From Vicugna vicugna (taxonomy: Eukaryota), in assembly GCA_013265495.1 (NCBI GenBank), contig MU057801.1:868001-932000 (forward strand): a stretch of DNA of 64,000 nt, given 5' to 3'. The translations under genes were made by a program, and so were the position numbers. Below, piece by piece: positions 1 through 10,390 of this stretch (its first letter is position 1; the number at the start of each line of letters is the position of its first letter). Below the pieces are notes generated by a model, which ran no database searches, was not told the DNA's origin, and saw nothing but the letters and a program-made list of their open reading frames with translations.

Positions 1-249
1 CAAACAAGGGTTATTATCTAAGATCCTCACTCAGTATTAGGCCTATGGGACCTTTTGCCCGGAAATAAATACCTTCATGTTAAAACCTAACTCTCCCATG
101 GTGTTTACTGGCCTGTTTCGCTCATGAGACTGATTTTGTTGAGGTAGAGAGATCCAGGCCTCCTTGGAGCTCAGATTTTGTTCTTTGATGGATGGGTGGA
201 TGGATGGATAGACTGACAAACAAAAGACACGATCTTTTTTTTCCCTCCT

Positions 250-692
250 TGTGTCTTTTGAAAACATTTCAAGTCTCCTTTATGTACAGAAATACGGAAA
301 AAATAATCATCGTAAGTACTGATGGATTTTCCGAAATTTAACTCACCTCTGCACACAGCGTCTAAATCCGCAGAGAGCCTTTCCAGACGCCTTCCTCATA
401 TCCACCAGCCAGGGCCCTCCCCTAAGGTGACCACAGACAGCATGGGTTTTCTTGGCCGCCTTTTGTACTTAAAGTAGAATCAGCCAGTGTGTTCTCTCTC
501 CCCCTACTCTGAATTATCATTGATTTCCGTTTCTGACTCCTGGCATCATGGGCTCCCCTTCGGTGGGTGTGTCCTCCTGCGTCTGGCTTCAGTCCCTCCG
601 TATCCCGCGTGTCAGGTCCACCTGCGCGGCAGCACACCGCATGGACCGCTCACTACCATGCAGTGCGGAGTCCTGTTGCATCGGCGTCCCAC
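250..692 (-). mobile_element. Ancient L1 (L1ME-like) 3' UTR fragment, strongly GC-shifted in 560-692
   Basis: Motif order resembles an L1ME 3' end in reverse: 'taagtactgatggattttccgaaatttaactcacc', 'aaggtgaccac', 'tgtgtcctcctgcgtctggcttc'. Confidence 0.6.
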
Positions 693-1143
693 GGTTGAGT
701 TTGGGGTCTCCAGAATAGACCCCAATCAGGGACCTGAGCGTGAGGGGCGATTTGGGAGATGAAGGAAACGTGGTGGGCGAGTGAGGAAACAAGAGAAGAG
801 GGGGAGACTGTGAGTGATGGGCTGTTATCAGGCAGGTCACCGCCGCGGGCCGCTGGCGCTCAGCCCGCCGGTCCCCCGGGAGACAGGGCAGGCTCGCCGG
901 GAAGGATGAGGGGCTGGGGTGTGTAGACCCCCATGCCCCTTAGTCACTGGCTGAGGCCTCACCGGCCAGGGGCCGGCTGTGTTCATCCCCGGGCTCCCCC
1001 CACTGCTCAGGGCCAGGCCGGGGGCTCTGGCACCAGAGAAAGGTCTTGGACAAAGAAAAACAGGCGAAGGCAAAGGGGGCAGCGCACTGCCGGGCTCCGC
1101 CGCAGGCTCGTGGGGCTTGGATCTAGGCTGGCGTGTCTGCACT
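693..1143 (-). mobile_element. ERVL solo LTR (LTR33/LTR16 group)
   Basis: 'gagtttggggtctccagaatagacccc...atttgggagatg...gttatcaggcaggtcaccgccgcggg...agtcactggctgagg' follows the reverse LTR33-type layout; related copy at 60686-61190. Confidence 0.7.
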
Positions 1144-1452
1144 CAGTGGAGAACATTCTGGACCAGGCCCGGTGAGGACATTTGCCTTCCTTGTTCACCC
1201 AGCTTCTGTTCCTCCTTTTTGACGTCTCCTTAGGGGACTACGCTTTCTGTTACAGGCAGCCTTGGTGGGGTTGTGACCCATGTGAGGTCAGTCCCGTGAG
1301 GCAGAAAGGGGTTGGGACTGGCCCATCCCGGTGGTGGGGAGTCGACGGGCTGTCCAGCAGTTCTCACAGCCTAGACCCCTGGGCACTTGCAAGCTAAGGT
1401 CTTCCTTTGAGTTTATGGACTGCGCATGTTCTAATATACTCCTCTTACTGGT

Positions 1453-1855
1453 TGTCCAAGTCCGGGCCCTCCAAGCAGCAGGTGCCGAGACGAGAGCAGG
1501 TTTCCAGGAGATTTATTGGAGAAGAAGGGGAGGAGCCAGAGGAGGCTCAGACCACGATGCAGGACTGACCCGTGGAGGGGGAGGGGGAAGGAGGGGAGGC
1601 GGGATAAGAAAGTCTTTGCATCGCAGTTCTCAAAAAGTGCCCCCAAGTCTGATGGGGAGTCCTGAAGCCAAAACTGCCTGGGTCTCAGGGAGCAGACCGG
1701 CCTCACTGCCCCTGCTGTGCCCGGTCACTGGCTGAGAGCAGCCTCTTTCCCGCACTTGGCGTCTGGGCATGAAGTCAGTTCAGCACCCGGAGCCTTTGGT
1801 CAGCTGTGCCCCCTGCCTCCCTGCAGCAGGACCCCCGAGAGGCCCGTTGTCACAT
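1453..1855 (-). mobile_element. ERVL LTR16-like solo LTR
   Basis: 'tgtccaagtccgggccctccaagcagcaggtgccgagacg...gagatttattgg...tcagaccacgatgcagg...gatggggagtcctgaagccaaa...gtcactggctgagagcagcc'. Confidence 0.75.
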
Positions 1856-2189
1856 CGCCGGAGTCACCAGGACAGCGACCAAACAGCCCCCCGCAGCCCA
1901 GGCCCCTTCCCCACGGCTCCCGGCTCTCCGTCCCGTCGGTGCATGTCCACATTCTAAGGCAAGCTGCCTTCTCCTGGAGTTCTTCAGAGGATTGAAAGTT
2001 TAACACCTACTTGTCACATGCTGCCTGTCACATGGAGCTAATTAAGCCACTCAAATTCCTTTCGGCATCTGAACCTCTCGCCACAGCTTCTGCCTTTAGG
2101 AGGCGAGTGCTCTTTGACAGAGTTAAGCCCTTTAGCTGTGACCACTTTGTAAAGACCAATGTCATACGCTGGCCCAACCCCACCGTCCA

Positions 2190-2310
2190 GCAGGGGGACC
2201 TCGGGCAAGTCTTGGGACCTCCCTGAGCTACGGTGTCCTCCTCTGGGACACCTTTACCCACAGGGCTGTGGTGAGAAACATAAAAGCTAATGCTGTGAAG
2301 TTCCTAGATG
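2190..2310 (+). mobile_element. MIR SINE fragment
   Basis: MIR core-like 'gacctcgggcaagtc...acctccctgagc...cagggctgtggtgagaa'. Confidence 0.6.
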
Positions 2311-2333
2311 AGCTGGTCCTGAATACCCAGTCC

Positions 2334-2820
2334 TTTTTTCCCAAATTGACGTACAGTCAGTTTACAATGTTGTATTAATTTCTGGTGATTCCATTACACA
2401 CACATATATATTCCTTTCCATATTCATTCCCATTATAGTCCATTACAAGGTATTGGCTATAGTTCCCTGTGCTGTACAGTAGGACCTTGTTGTTTGTCTA
2501 TTTTGTATATAGTAGTGTGTATCTGCTAATCCCGAACTCCCAGTTTGTCCTTTCCCTCTCTCGTTCCCTCCCCCCACCCTCCGGTAACCATAAGTTTGCT
2601 CTCTATGACTGTGAGTCTGTTTCTGTTTTGTAAATATGTTCGTTTGTCTCATTTTTTTAGATTCCACATATAAGTGATATCATATGATATTTTTCTCTGT
2701 CTGACTTACTTCACTTAGTAGGATAACCTCCAGGTCCATCTATGTTGCTGCAAATGGCATTATTTCATTCTTTTTTATGGTTAAGCAGTACTCCATTATA
2801 TATGTATATAATGTATGTAT

Positions 2821-2872
<52 letters not shown>

Positions 2873-2888
2873 CACAACTCCTTCTTTT
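2334..2888 (-). mobile_element. Lineage-specific L1 3' end, 5'-truncated, with internal (CA)n expansion
   Basis: 'tacagtcagtttacaatgttg...gttccctgtgctgtacagtaggacc...gattccacatataagtgatatcat...gttgctgcaaatggcattatttcattc'. Confidence 0.92.
2823..2868. repeat. (CA)n microsatellite, about 23 units
   Basis: Seen directly. Confidence 0.98.
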
Positions 2889-3449
2889 TGCTTTCCTTCC
2901 CATCTCTGCATCCGGGCTCCTCCTTAGGGGCCAGAATGGCTTTCCTCAAAACACTGTGATTGGCTAAGCCATGGGAACTTGAGGGGGGCGGAGGGAAGGG
3001 GAGATACATGGTATCGTTCACAGGGGTTCCCTGAGGCGAGGGACCGCTAGTCGAGGCAGTTTACATGTCTTCTCCTTATAAAAAAAGGTTGACGACGGCT
3101 GTTAGTTAAAACGGCTCTCAGGCTGGGGAGGGCTCTGCAGAGAAGAGCTTGAAGCTGACAGGTCTGCTGGAGGGCTGTAGTGTGGGAGGGGAGTGGGGGG
3201 ACCCTGGAAATGGGCCACTCAGCTGACCTCAGGTGACTGGGAGGTGGAGGGGGGTTTGGAAATGAGTCTGAGGACCCGGGAAGGGAGCTGTGAGTCAGCT
3301 CCCTGGAGCTGCCTGGAGCTGGGACGGCCTTCATCTCAGTTGAAGATGCAAAGTCAATGTTAAGTGTCTCCTTGGCACCCCTAGTCCATCAAACCCCTCC
3401 TCTGCAGAGCCTCCTCCATGGACCTCGGGGGACCCACATTCTGGTGGGT

Positions 3450-3710
3450 TTTGAGAACCACAGTGTGAAGTCTTTCCTATCCAACCTACCTTCCTTCCTT
3501 CCTCCCTCTCTCCTTCCTTCCTTCCTCCCTCCCTCCTTCCTCCCTCCTCCCTCCTTCCTTCCTTCCTCCCTCCCTCCTTCCTCCCTCCTTCCCTCCCTCC
3601 CTTCCTTCCCTCCATCTCTCCACCATGGGGGTCCGTCCTGCATCTTGGTCTGAGCCTCCTCTGGCTCCCTCCCCATTTTCTCCAATTAATATCCTAGAAA
3701 CCTAATCTCA
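3450..3710 (+). mobile_element. LTR16-like fragment interrupted by a polypyrimidine repeat; inverted relative to 1453-1855
   Basis: 3629-3703 aligns to the reverse complement of 1498-1571 at 67/75 columns (manual count). Confidence 0.8.
3485..3613. repeat. (CCTT/CCCT)n polypyrimidine simple repeat
   Basis: Seen directly; source of several spurious E/G/R-rich and P/S-rich ORFs. Confidence 0.97.
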
Positions 3711-4754
3711 TGCACCCACCATTCTTTGAAGTTAAAGGACTCTTACTTAATCAATAAAAATGCCTGTGTCCCTGTGAAAGCCCCAGATGCCCTCAGAGAA
3801 ACTGGCTGGGCCGTTTGGTTGTCAGAAGCTGGCACAGGGGAGTCCTTTCCAAAGCCTCTGGGAAAAGTCTTGGATTTGCAAAGTATGTGAACAGAGAAAA
3901 CTCTCAGGACCCTTAGGCTGTAGGTGGTGAAGTCTAGCTGATCAACCGCCGGGAGAAGGAGGGGTGCTGTTTCATCGCTGACTTGTTTTTCTGTGGAGGA
4001 GGGGTTACCTGGAGCCACCTGTCCTCTTCCGTCTGGCCCCTCTCGTGTCCAGGACAGGCATTTACAAGAAAGCTCACCTGGGTTGGGCCCCAGATATGCG
4101 AGAGGAGGGGGCAGAATGACCTCAGGACAAGGAGAGACAGAGAGGCCGTGGGGGTGCAGGCGAAGGCGGACTGAGGGCAGGCGAGTGCACGAAGCGACCT
4201 GACCAGACAGCAGTGAGGGTGGGGGGCCCAGGAGAAGGCCTGGGAGAGACCGGTGCCTGGAAGGGGAATGTGAGGGCGGGGGAGGCTGCTGAGGGACCTG
4301 GGCAGGGCAGGGAGTGACTGGGTTTGAATGTTGGAAAGATGCCTGGACAACAGGGTGGAGGGGCCGACCTGCAGGAGACCCGGCGCCCGAGGGAGAGGTC
4401 TACGCTGGGGCTCAGACAGGGCGGCGGGGTGGCGGCGGGGCACGGGGAGACAGGCAGATGGACGCCCAGAGCCCGGAAGTAGTTACAGCAACAGAAGCGG
4501 GTGGTGGCTTGGGTCTGGGGATGACTCCCGGCTCTGAGCCACGGCAGACGAAGCCCATCAAAGAAAGCAGGCCTCGGGGAGGATGACCACGAACTCCGCT
4601 GTGGCCGTTCTGAGTCCGAGGCGCCTGAGAACGTCCCGGTGGAGGGTCCAGGGCACGGCTGGTTACCTGAGTGTGGAGCTGCAAGTAGGGGCCGGACGAG
4701 ATGCTGCCTTGGCTGCTGCGAGGACGGCACCTCCAGCTGAAGTCGGGGGTGAGA

Positions 4755-4999
4755 TTTCCCAAGCGTGGTCTCTGGGCGGCAGCAGCATCTGGGAACTTGC
4801 TAGAAACACAGAAACTGCCTTCCTGGACCTACCAAGTCAGAACCAGGGGGCGAGGCCGGCGGTCCATGCTTTAACACGCCCTCCAGGGGCCTTCGATGCG
4901 CAAGACGGAACTCTGCTGCACCCCAGAATCACTCGGGGAGCGCTTACCCTCAGTACCCGTCCTGTGCCGCTACACCAGAACCTCGGGCCAGGACCCAGG
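4755..4999. mobile_element. hAT-Charlie MITE fragments (MER5-like)
   Basis: 'agcagcatctgggaacttgctagaaa...tttaacacgccctccagggg', then 'ctgcaccccagaatcactcggggagc'. Confidence 0.65.
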
Positions 5000-5105
5000 C
5001 AGGGTGACCAACTCGTCCCAGTCTGCCCGAGACTGTCTAGGACTTTCCTGGTTTCCACACAGTAAGTCTTGTATCCCTGACACCCGTCAGACCCGGACAC
5101 CCTGG
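5000..5105. mobile_element. hAT-Blackjack MITE (MER94/MER81-like)
   Basis: Terminal 'cagggtgaccaactcgtcccagtctgcccgagactgtc'. Confidence 0.7.
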
Positions 5106-5640
5106 ATCCAGCCCTCAGACGCTTTCACCACCTCCCCACCGAGTTCCTCCTGTGCAGCCAAGTCTGAGGACCAGTGGCCCTGCCCCAAGGAGCTGTGGGC
5201 GTAGATCCCCGCTGGGTCCCCAGGGCGGCCACTGTGAGGTCGTGCTTGTTCCCGAACCTGACAGGGGCCTGTCGACCGTCTTAATAAAAGTGGGGAAGGA
5301 CCCAGGAGTTCATCCTGGCTGAACGCGAGCATCACCTGGGAAGCTTTTGAAAGTTCTGAGTTCCCCAGACTCCTTCAGAGATTGTGGTCCACCTTGCCGG
5401 GGGCTGGTAGTTAATAAAAGCCCCCAGGAAAGTGTAACCGTAGACAGGGTGGGACCGTCAGGCCTGGGGGCAGAATCTGATGGGAAGAAACAGTCCACCA
5501 GATGGAGGCCAGGTGGAGACGGACAGGCCTTGCAAATAGCGGTGAAGAGGGGGCTGGAGACGCAAGAGGAAACCAGGGGCATGGGGTGGGGGGTCTTGGC
5601 AGCCGAGAGGAGGTGCTCCTGCAGGGCAAGAACAGAGAGA

Positions 5641-5920
5641 CACTGAATAAACACACCACGGCTTCTTCACCCATCCCCTGTCCATGGACACTTAGGTTGC
5701 TTCCACGTCTTGGCTGTTGTAAATGGTGCTGCTGTGAACATGGGGCTGCACGGATGTTTTTGAATGAGAGTTGCCTCGGGATACATGCCCAGGAGCGGGA
5801 TTGCTGGGTTATAGGGTGAGTCTATTTTTAGTCTTTTGAGGGATCGCCATACTGTTTTCCTTCACGGCTGTACTAAACTACATTCCCACCAACAGTGCAG
5901 GAGGGCTCCCTTTCCTCCAC
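5641..5920 (-). mobile_element. L1 fragment (ORF2 C-terminal region), reverse orientation
   Basis: 'ggacacttaggttgcttccacgtcttggctgttgtaaat...cattcccaccaacagtgcaggaggg'; homologous to about 25290-25575. Confidence 0.9.
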
Positions 5921-6085
5921 CAGGGAGCTCTATCCAATATCTTGTAGTAACTTGCGGGGAAGAAGAATATGACAATGAATGCATCTATGTCCATGCACGA
6001 TGAAGCCCTGTGCTGTGCACCAGAGATTACCAGAACGCTGTAAACGGATCACACTTCAATAAAAAATACATGTATACAAAAAACA
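5921..6085 (+). mobile_element. L1 extreme 3' end with poly(A) signal and tail
   Basis: Aligns with 26060-26200; ends 'cacttcaataaaaaaatacatgtatacaaaaaa'. Confidence 0.9.
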
Positions 6086-6300
6086 ATGATGAGGCAAGAG
6101 GGCCACTGGGCCGAGCGCGCGGCGGGGGGGCCGGGGGAGGGCGGGAGGGCCGAGGCGCGGCGAGCGGGCGGGCACAGGGGAAGCAGGGGCGAGGCGGGAA
6201 GAGGGGCGCGGCCGCCGCCGCGGGGGCAGCTGGAGGAAGCGGCGAGCTGCTTCCCCGTGTCTTCCCCTCTGTGCTCTCCTGTCTTTGCCCGTGGTCATGC

Positions 6301-6327
6301 CTGTCTTTTACTTTGGGGGAAGAAAAA
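6301..6327 (+). repeat. 27-bp perfect direct repeat, copy 1 (CTGTCTTTTACTTTGGGGGAAGAAAAA)
   Basis: Identical to 7161-7187. Confidence 0.97.
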
Positions 6328-7160
6328 AGGCCAACATGGTCCTCTTGATAAGCTCCGGGCATTTAAGTAGTGGTGAAGCCCCTTCCTTCGGTCATTTCAC
6401 TCCCTCTGCCTGAGAGCAGAGGGCGCGGTACGAATCCCGGCCGCTGGGCTCCCAGGACGGGCGCGAGGTCACACGCGGCGCCCAGCCTGAGCCGCTGCCC
6501 GGCCGAGCTGCGAGCGTGGGGCGCAGGACCGGCCACCGCGGAGGCCACGCTCACCTCACAACCTCGTGGTGGCCTCTCGGTCGTCTCAGGAGTCGGGAAG
6601 GATCCCGCTCCTGTGGCCTGGTTGGGCGGGATCCAGCTCCACGAGCAACCACATCCGTGGGACGCGGAAAACTAGGGGCAGCGGATGCAGAACCAGGCGT
6701 CTGTCTTACGGTCTGATTTCTGATCATTTCAGAGCCCGCGATTCGGTTCAGCCCCCACCCCTTGTTTGTCCCCCACCACTTAGGTTTACGCATGGTATTT
6801 ATTCACCAGAAAATATCAGAAGCTCTCTATTTATTGCAAACGTTTCCTGCGGTTTTCTCTTTCTTCGCAGAGCAAATGCAGAGCTCTCCCTTTGTCTCAG
6901 AACGTACCGCAGCGGGCGCAGGGATCTGACCGGAACGCACGCGCTGCGTGACAGTTACCGGGCGTTGCACGCGTCTTTCTTCTCCGCGCCCTTCTTCCCT
7001 GCCCTCACCCTTCCTGACTTTCCTCTTCGTTATGTACGTAGCGGTGAGAGGTGATGAGAAGAGAGTAAATTTCAGATTAAAAGGGGAGGACAAGAACCAC
7101 TAAGCTCAGAAGGACTTTGCAAACTCCTTATGTGCGCGGCCGCTGAAAGAGCGTTTGGTT

Positions 7161-7187
7161 CTGTCTTTTACTTTGGGGGAAGAAAAA
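7161..7187 (+). repeat. 27-bp perfect direct repeat, copy 2
   Basis: Identical to 6301-6327. Confidence 0.97.
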
Positions 7188-7727
7188 GCCCTGAGGGGGC
7201 TTTCCAAACGCACGTCGACGGCTCCTGCCTCCCTGTGTGGCTCCCGTCGCCGCAGCGGCCCCGCTGGTGAGAAATCGCCGCGTCCCGGGCACCTGCCGTC
7301 TGTCTCCCAGAGACACTTTCCTGTTGCACACTTATCTGCATGCATGAAGGCCCCGCGACAGCCCCCTAACTGCCGCGGCGCCCGACAGAGTGATTAGCAG
7401 GCGCCTCATCACGGCGGCTGCGAATCCGCCACATTTACCTGCTTAGCTCACACTGTGATTACCGGGCACCTCACCCCCGACAAGTGCAGGTGCTAATTAT
7501 CCAGACGAGACTGCGGCTGCTCAGAGTCGCCTGGCTGCTTTCGGCTTCTTGACTGTTATTTCGCTTCAGGGCATAGTCAGCACGACTGACTTGTGTTTGA
7601 TGAGTTGGTTTATCAAGGGCTTCCCTTGACTGTGTGGGAGATAGAGTGGAGTAACCCCTCAGGTACATGAATTTTAGAAATAAAATACCAGCTCCTGGAG
7701 CTCCTGGAAGCGTAGAGACACGGCCGA

Positions 7728-7741
7728 CCAGCAGGTGGCAG
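7728..7741 (+). promoter_or_regulatory. CTCF motif
   Basis: CCAGCAGGTGGCAG matches the core consensus CCASYAGRKGGCRS; motif only, binding not shown. Confidence 0.65.
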
Positions 7742-8649
7742 TGTGGACCAGGGGATAGAAGTGTCTTCCCCCAGCTCGGGCTTTTGGGGTAAGACCCTGC
7801 CGGTTTACTTGCTACTCCTGAAGAGCTTTTGCATTAAAAGGCCTCCCAGCCCTCTGGGCAGAAGGGCTCTGATGAGGCGCTCCAGAGAGTCACCTTTACA
7901 CGAGGCTGTCGGTCTGGCAATGACCACCCAGCCGAGGAGCTCGGGGGGGATGCTCTGCTCAGAAAGCCTGGGGTTCCCGGGCAGTCTCCCCGAGATTCCT
8001 TAAGGTCGCTGGACTCGGGTCGCTCATTCTGGGCTCTGCTTGCACTCCCTTCCCGACAGCCTTGCTGTCCTTGGTTTCAACCCAAAGACTTTTGGCAACT
8101 TTATTGCAACCGGATGAGAAGAAAAATCTTCAATTTAAGGACAGTTTACGTAATTAAAAAAAATTGTTCCTAAATCTTGGTTCCCAGGGTGATTAAAATG
8201 AAAACAGGTCATAGTGTTTTTTAAAATATCCATCTTTAACTCCCGGTTCTTGGCAAAACAGCGGACTTTTGTAAGTAAAGGAGTGCTGAGTCCTTCGGGG
8301 AGCCCGTGGCAAGGAGCCCTGCTGAAACAAACAACGGAGGAAGCGCAGTGTGGCGGCAACGGAGGTGAAGCGCGAAGAGGGCACGTCTGTGTGCCCGTCG
8401 GTGTGCAGCGGTGTCTGTCAGCTCCGACCCACTCTGCTTATTCACCTGGAGTAACACGCGAGGATAGAGCCTTCCTGTCCTTCTTCCTTACGTGAATTTT
8501 CTGTTTCTGTTTCCCATTAAGCTGCTGAAAAAATAGGATTTATCCGGCATCCTGTAACTGCTACAGGTTCTAGATTCACTTGTTAAGCTCCTTTAATTCG
8601 GGATCTCGAGTCCCAGGGCAGCGCTTGCCCTTGCAAGGCGTGTTTCCAC

Positions 8650-9487
8650 CCGCCTTAGCGTTCTCCGGGGAAGCAGAGTAGCAGGATGAGGAGGGAGATC
8701 GGGTGATTTTAGGAAACTGGCTCCCACGGCTGTGAGACGCTTGGGGAGTCCGAACTCTGCAGGGAAGGCCGGGGAAGAGCTGCAGTTTCAGCCCAGAGGT
8801 GGTCTGCAGAGGAATTCCCACTCTTCCAAGGAGGTGAGTCTTTTTTCTCACTGCATATTTTATTTTATGTTTTATTGAAGTGTAGTTGATTTACAGTATC
8901 AGTTCCAGGTGTACAGCAAAGTGATTCAGGTATACATACACATACATACATATGTATTTTTTCAGATTCTTTTCCATTATATGTTATTACAAGAAATTGA
9001 ATACAGTTCCCTGTGCTGTACAGCAGGCCCTTGTAGCTTATCTATTTTATATACAATAGTGTGTATCTGTTAATCCCAAACTCCTAATTTATCCCTTCCC
9101 CAACTTTCCCCTTGATAAACATAGTTTGTTTTCTATGCCTGTGAGTCTATTTCTGGTTTGTAAATAAAATTTGTGTCATTTTTTTAGATTCCACTTAGAA
9201 GTGATATCATACGATATTTGTCTCTGTCTGACTTACTTCACTTCTATGATCATCTCTAGGTCCATCCACATTGCTGCAAATGACATTATTTCATTCTTTT
9301 TTGTGGCCGAGTAGCGGTGAGTCTTTTAAGACAGCTGACTGGACGGTGCAGTCTGCTCGACTCACAGCTCACTGATTTAAATGTCCATCTCACCCAAAAG
9401 ACAGCTCGGAAATATTCAGAAAAATGTCTGACCAAGTATCTGGATACCACAGCCTGGCCAAGTTGACGCACAAAATGAACCATCACA
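8650..9487 (-). mobile_element. MLT2-type ERVL LTR, split by an L1 insertion
   Basis: Right end 'accaagtatctggataccacagcctggccaagttgacgcacaaaatgaaccatcaca' is typical MLT2; left 'ttagcgttctccggggaagcagag...ttttaggaaactggctcccacggctgtg'. Confidence 0.85.
8845..9315 (-). mobile_element. Young 5'-truncated L1 with 12-bp TSD
   Basis: L1 3' UTR; TSD GGTGAGTCTTTT at 8833-8844 and 9316-9327; TT/AAAA endonuclease target. Confidence 0.95.
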
Positions 9488-9599
9488 ACGCCTAATTTTT
9501 TCCCCCTAAAAGGGCTTCCTGAATGCACAGACGGAAGTCGGGGCAGGTCAGCACTTTCCATGAGCCCTCACATCCAGGCAGAGAACTTTGCACAAAACA

Positions 9600-9810
9600 G
9601 CAGGCGGAGAGCCCAGGGCGCCGGGCTGCGGGCCGAGCTCTGTCTACACCGACCACTGGTGTGGCTTTGGGGAGTATGAGGCCCTCCGGCCCTGGTTTCC
9701 TCCTCCAGTAAAATCTCCAGACAGCCAGAGGCCCCTGCAGAGGATCGCGGCCACTGACAGCCACGGGAAGGCTAGTCGGGCCGCAAGCTCCTAGCACAGC
9801 CCCGGGGGAC
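9600..9810 (+). mobile_element. MIR SINE, GC-shifted
   Basis: 'tgtggctttggggag...ccctggtttcctcctccagtaaaat...gctcctagcacagccccgg'. Confidence 0.55.
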
Positions 9811-9974
9811 GCGGGGAGGTGGGAGAGCCGGGGTCTGGGAACCGGGTGGAGCTCTCCATCCTCGGGTGGGAGCAGAGCCCAGAGTCCAGGCTGGAGCTTG
9901 GGAATGTGCTGCCGTGGACTGAGGACCTGGTAAACGGCTTCCCCAGCGGCCCTGCTGTCCCCTCCCTGTGCTCC

Positions 9975-10390
9975 TGTCCCTCTCAAGGTGGTTCGCTGCT
10001 CCTCCCTTCAAAATGTGGAGTCTGTTTTCCTGCCCTTGGATCTGACGGGACTTGCGACTTGCTTTGGTCAACAGAATGCAGCATAACCGAGGTCTCAAGA
10101 GGTCTTGCCCCTCCTGGGACCCCATCCGACCTCCACAGGAAAGCCTGGAGTAGCCGCTGAAGGCAACGGACGTGTGGCCCAGATACCCCCACTGCTCTGC
10201 TCACCACCAGGTTAGGGATGACTTGTTGGACAGCAGAAGCACGCAGTAGCTGACCTACAGCTCTGGCGAGAGGTTTCCTTACCTAGAACCCTGCTGATGG
10301 GAGCTACCCCAGTGCACGGATGGATATACAGTCCACTCCGTACCACCAGCTACTGCTAAACTTTAACTGGTGCCCGTACAACCATTTGCA
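9975..10390 (+). mobile_element. MLT1 (MaLR) LTR
   Basis: 'tggagtctgttttcctgcccttggatctg...gacttgctttggtcaacagaatgcagca...gaggtctcaagagg'. Confidence 0.7.

Larger units (their letters stand above)
6100..7470. promoter_or_regulatory. CpG island (promoter/enhancer-like; no gene identified)
   Basis: Dense CpG and high GC, G-runs at 6120-6230, NotI sites, non-repetitive sequence. Confidence 0.8.

Noticed and set aside
3331..3685. E/G/R/K-rich and P/S/L-rich ORFs
   Set aside because: Translations of the (CCTT/CCCT)n tract; the same applies to ORFs over (GGAA)n at 32778 and (TTTCC)n at 46754.
4122..5065. 202-aa and 160-aa ORFs
   Set aside because: GC-rich stop-poor sequence, partly MER5/MER94-like repeats; no domain or exon structure.
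6301..7187. CRISPR-like or att-site reading of the 27-bp repeat
   Set aside because: Mammalian DNA, only two copies 860 bp apart, no spacer array and no recombinase or cas genes.
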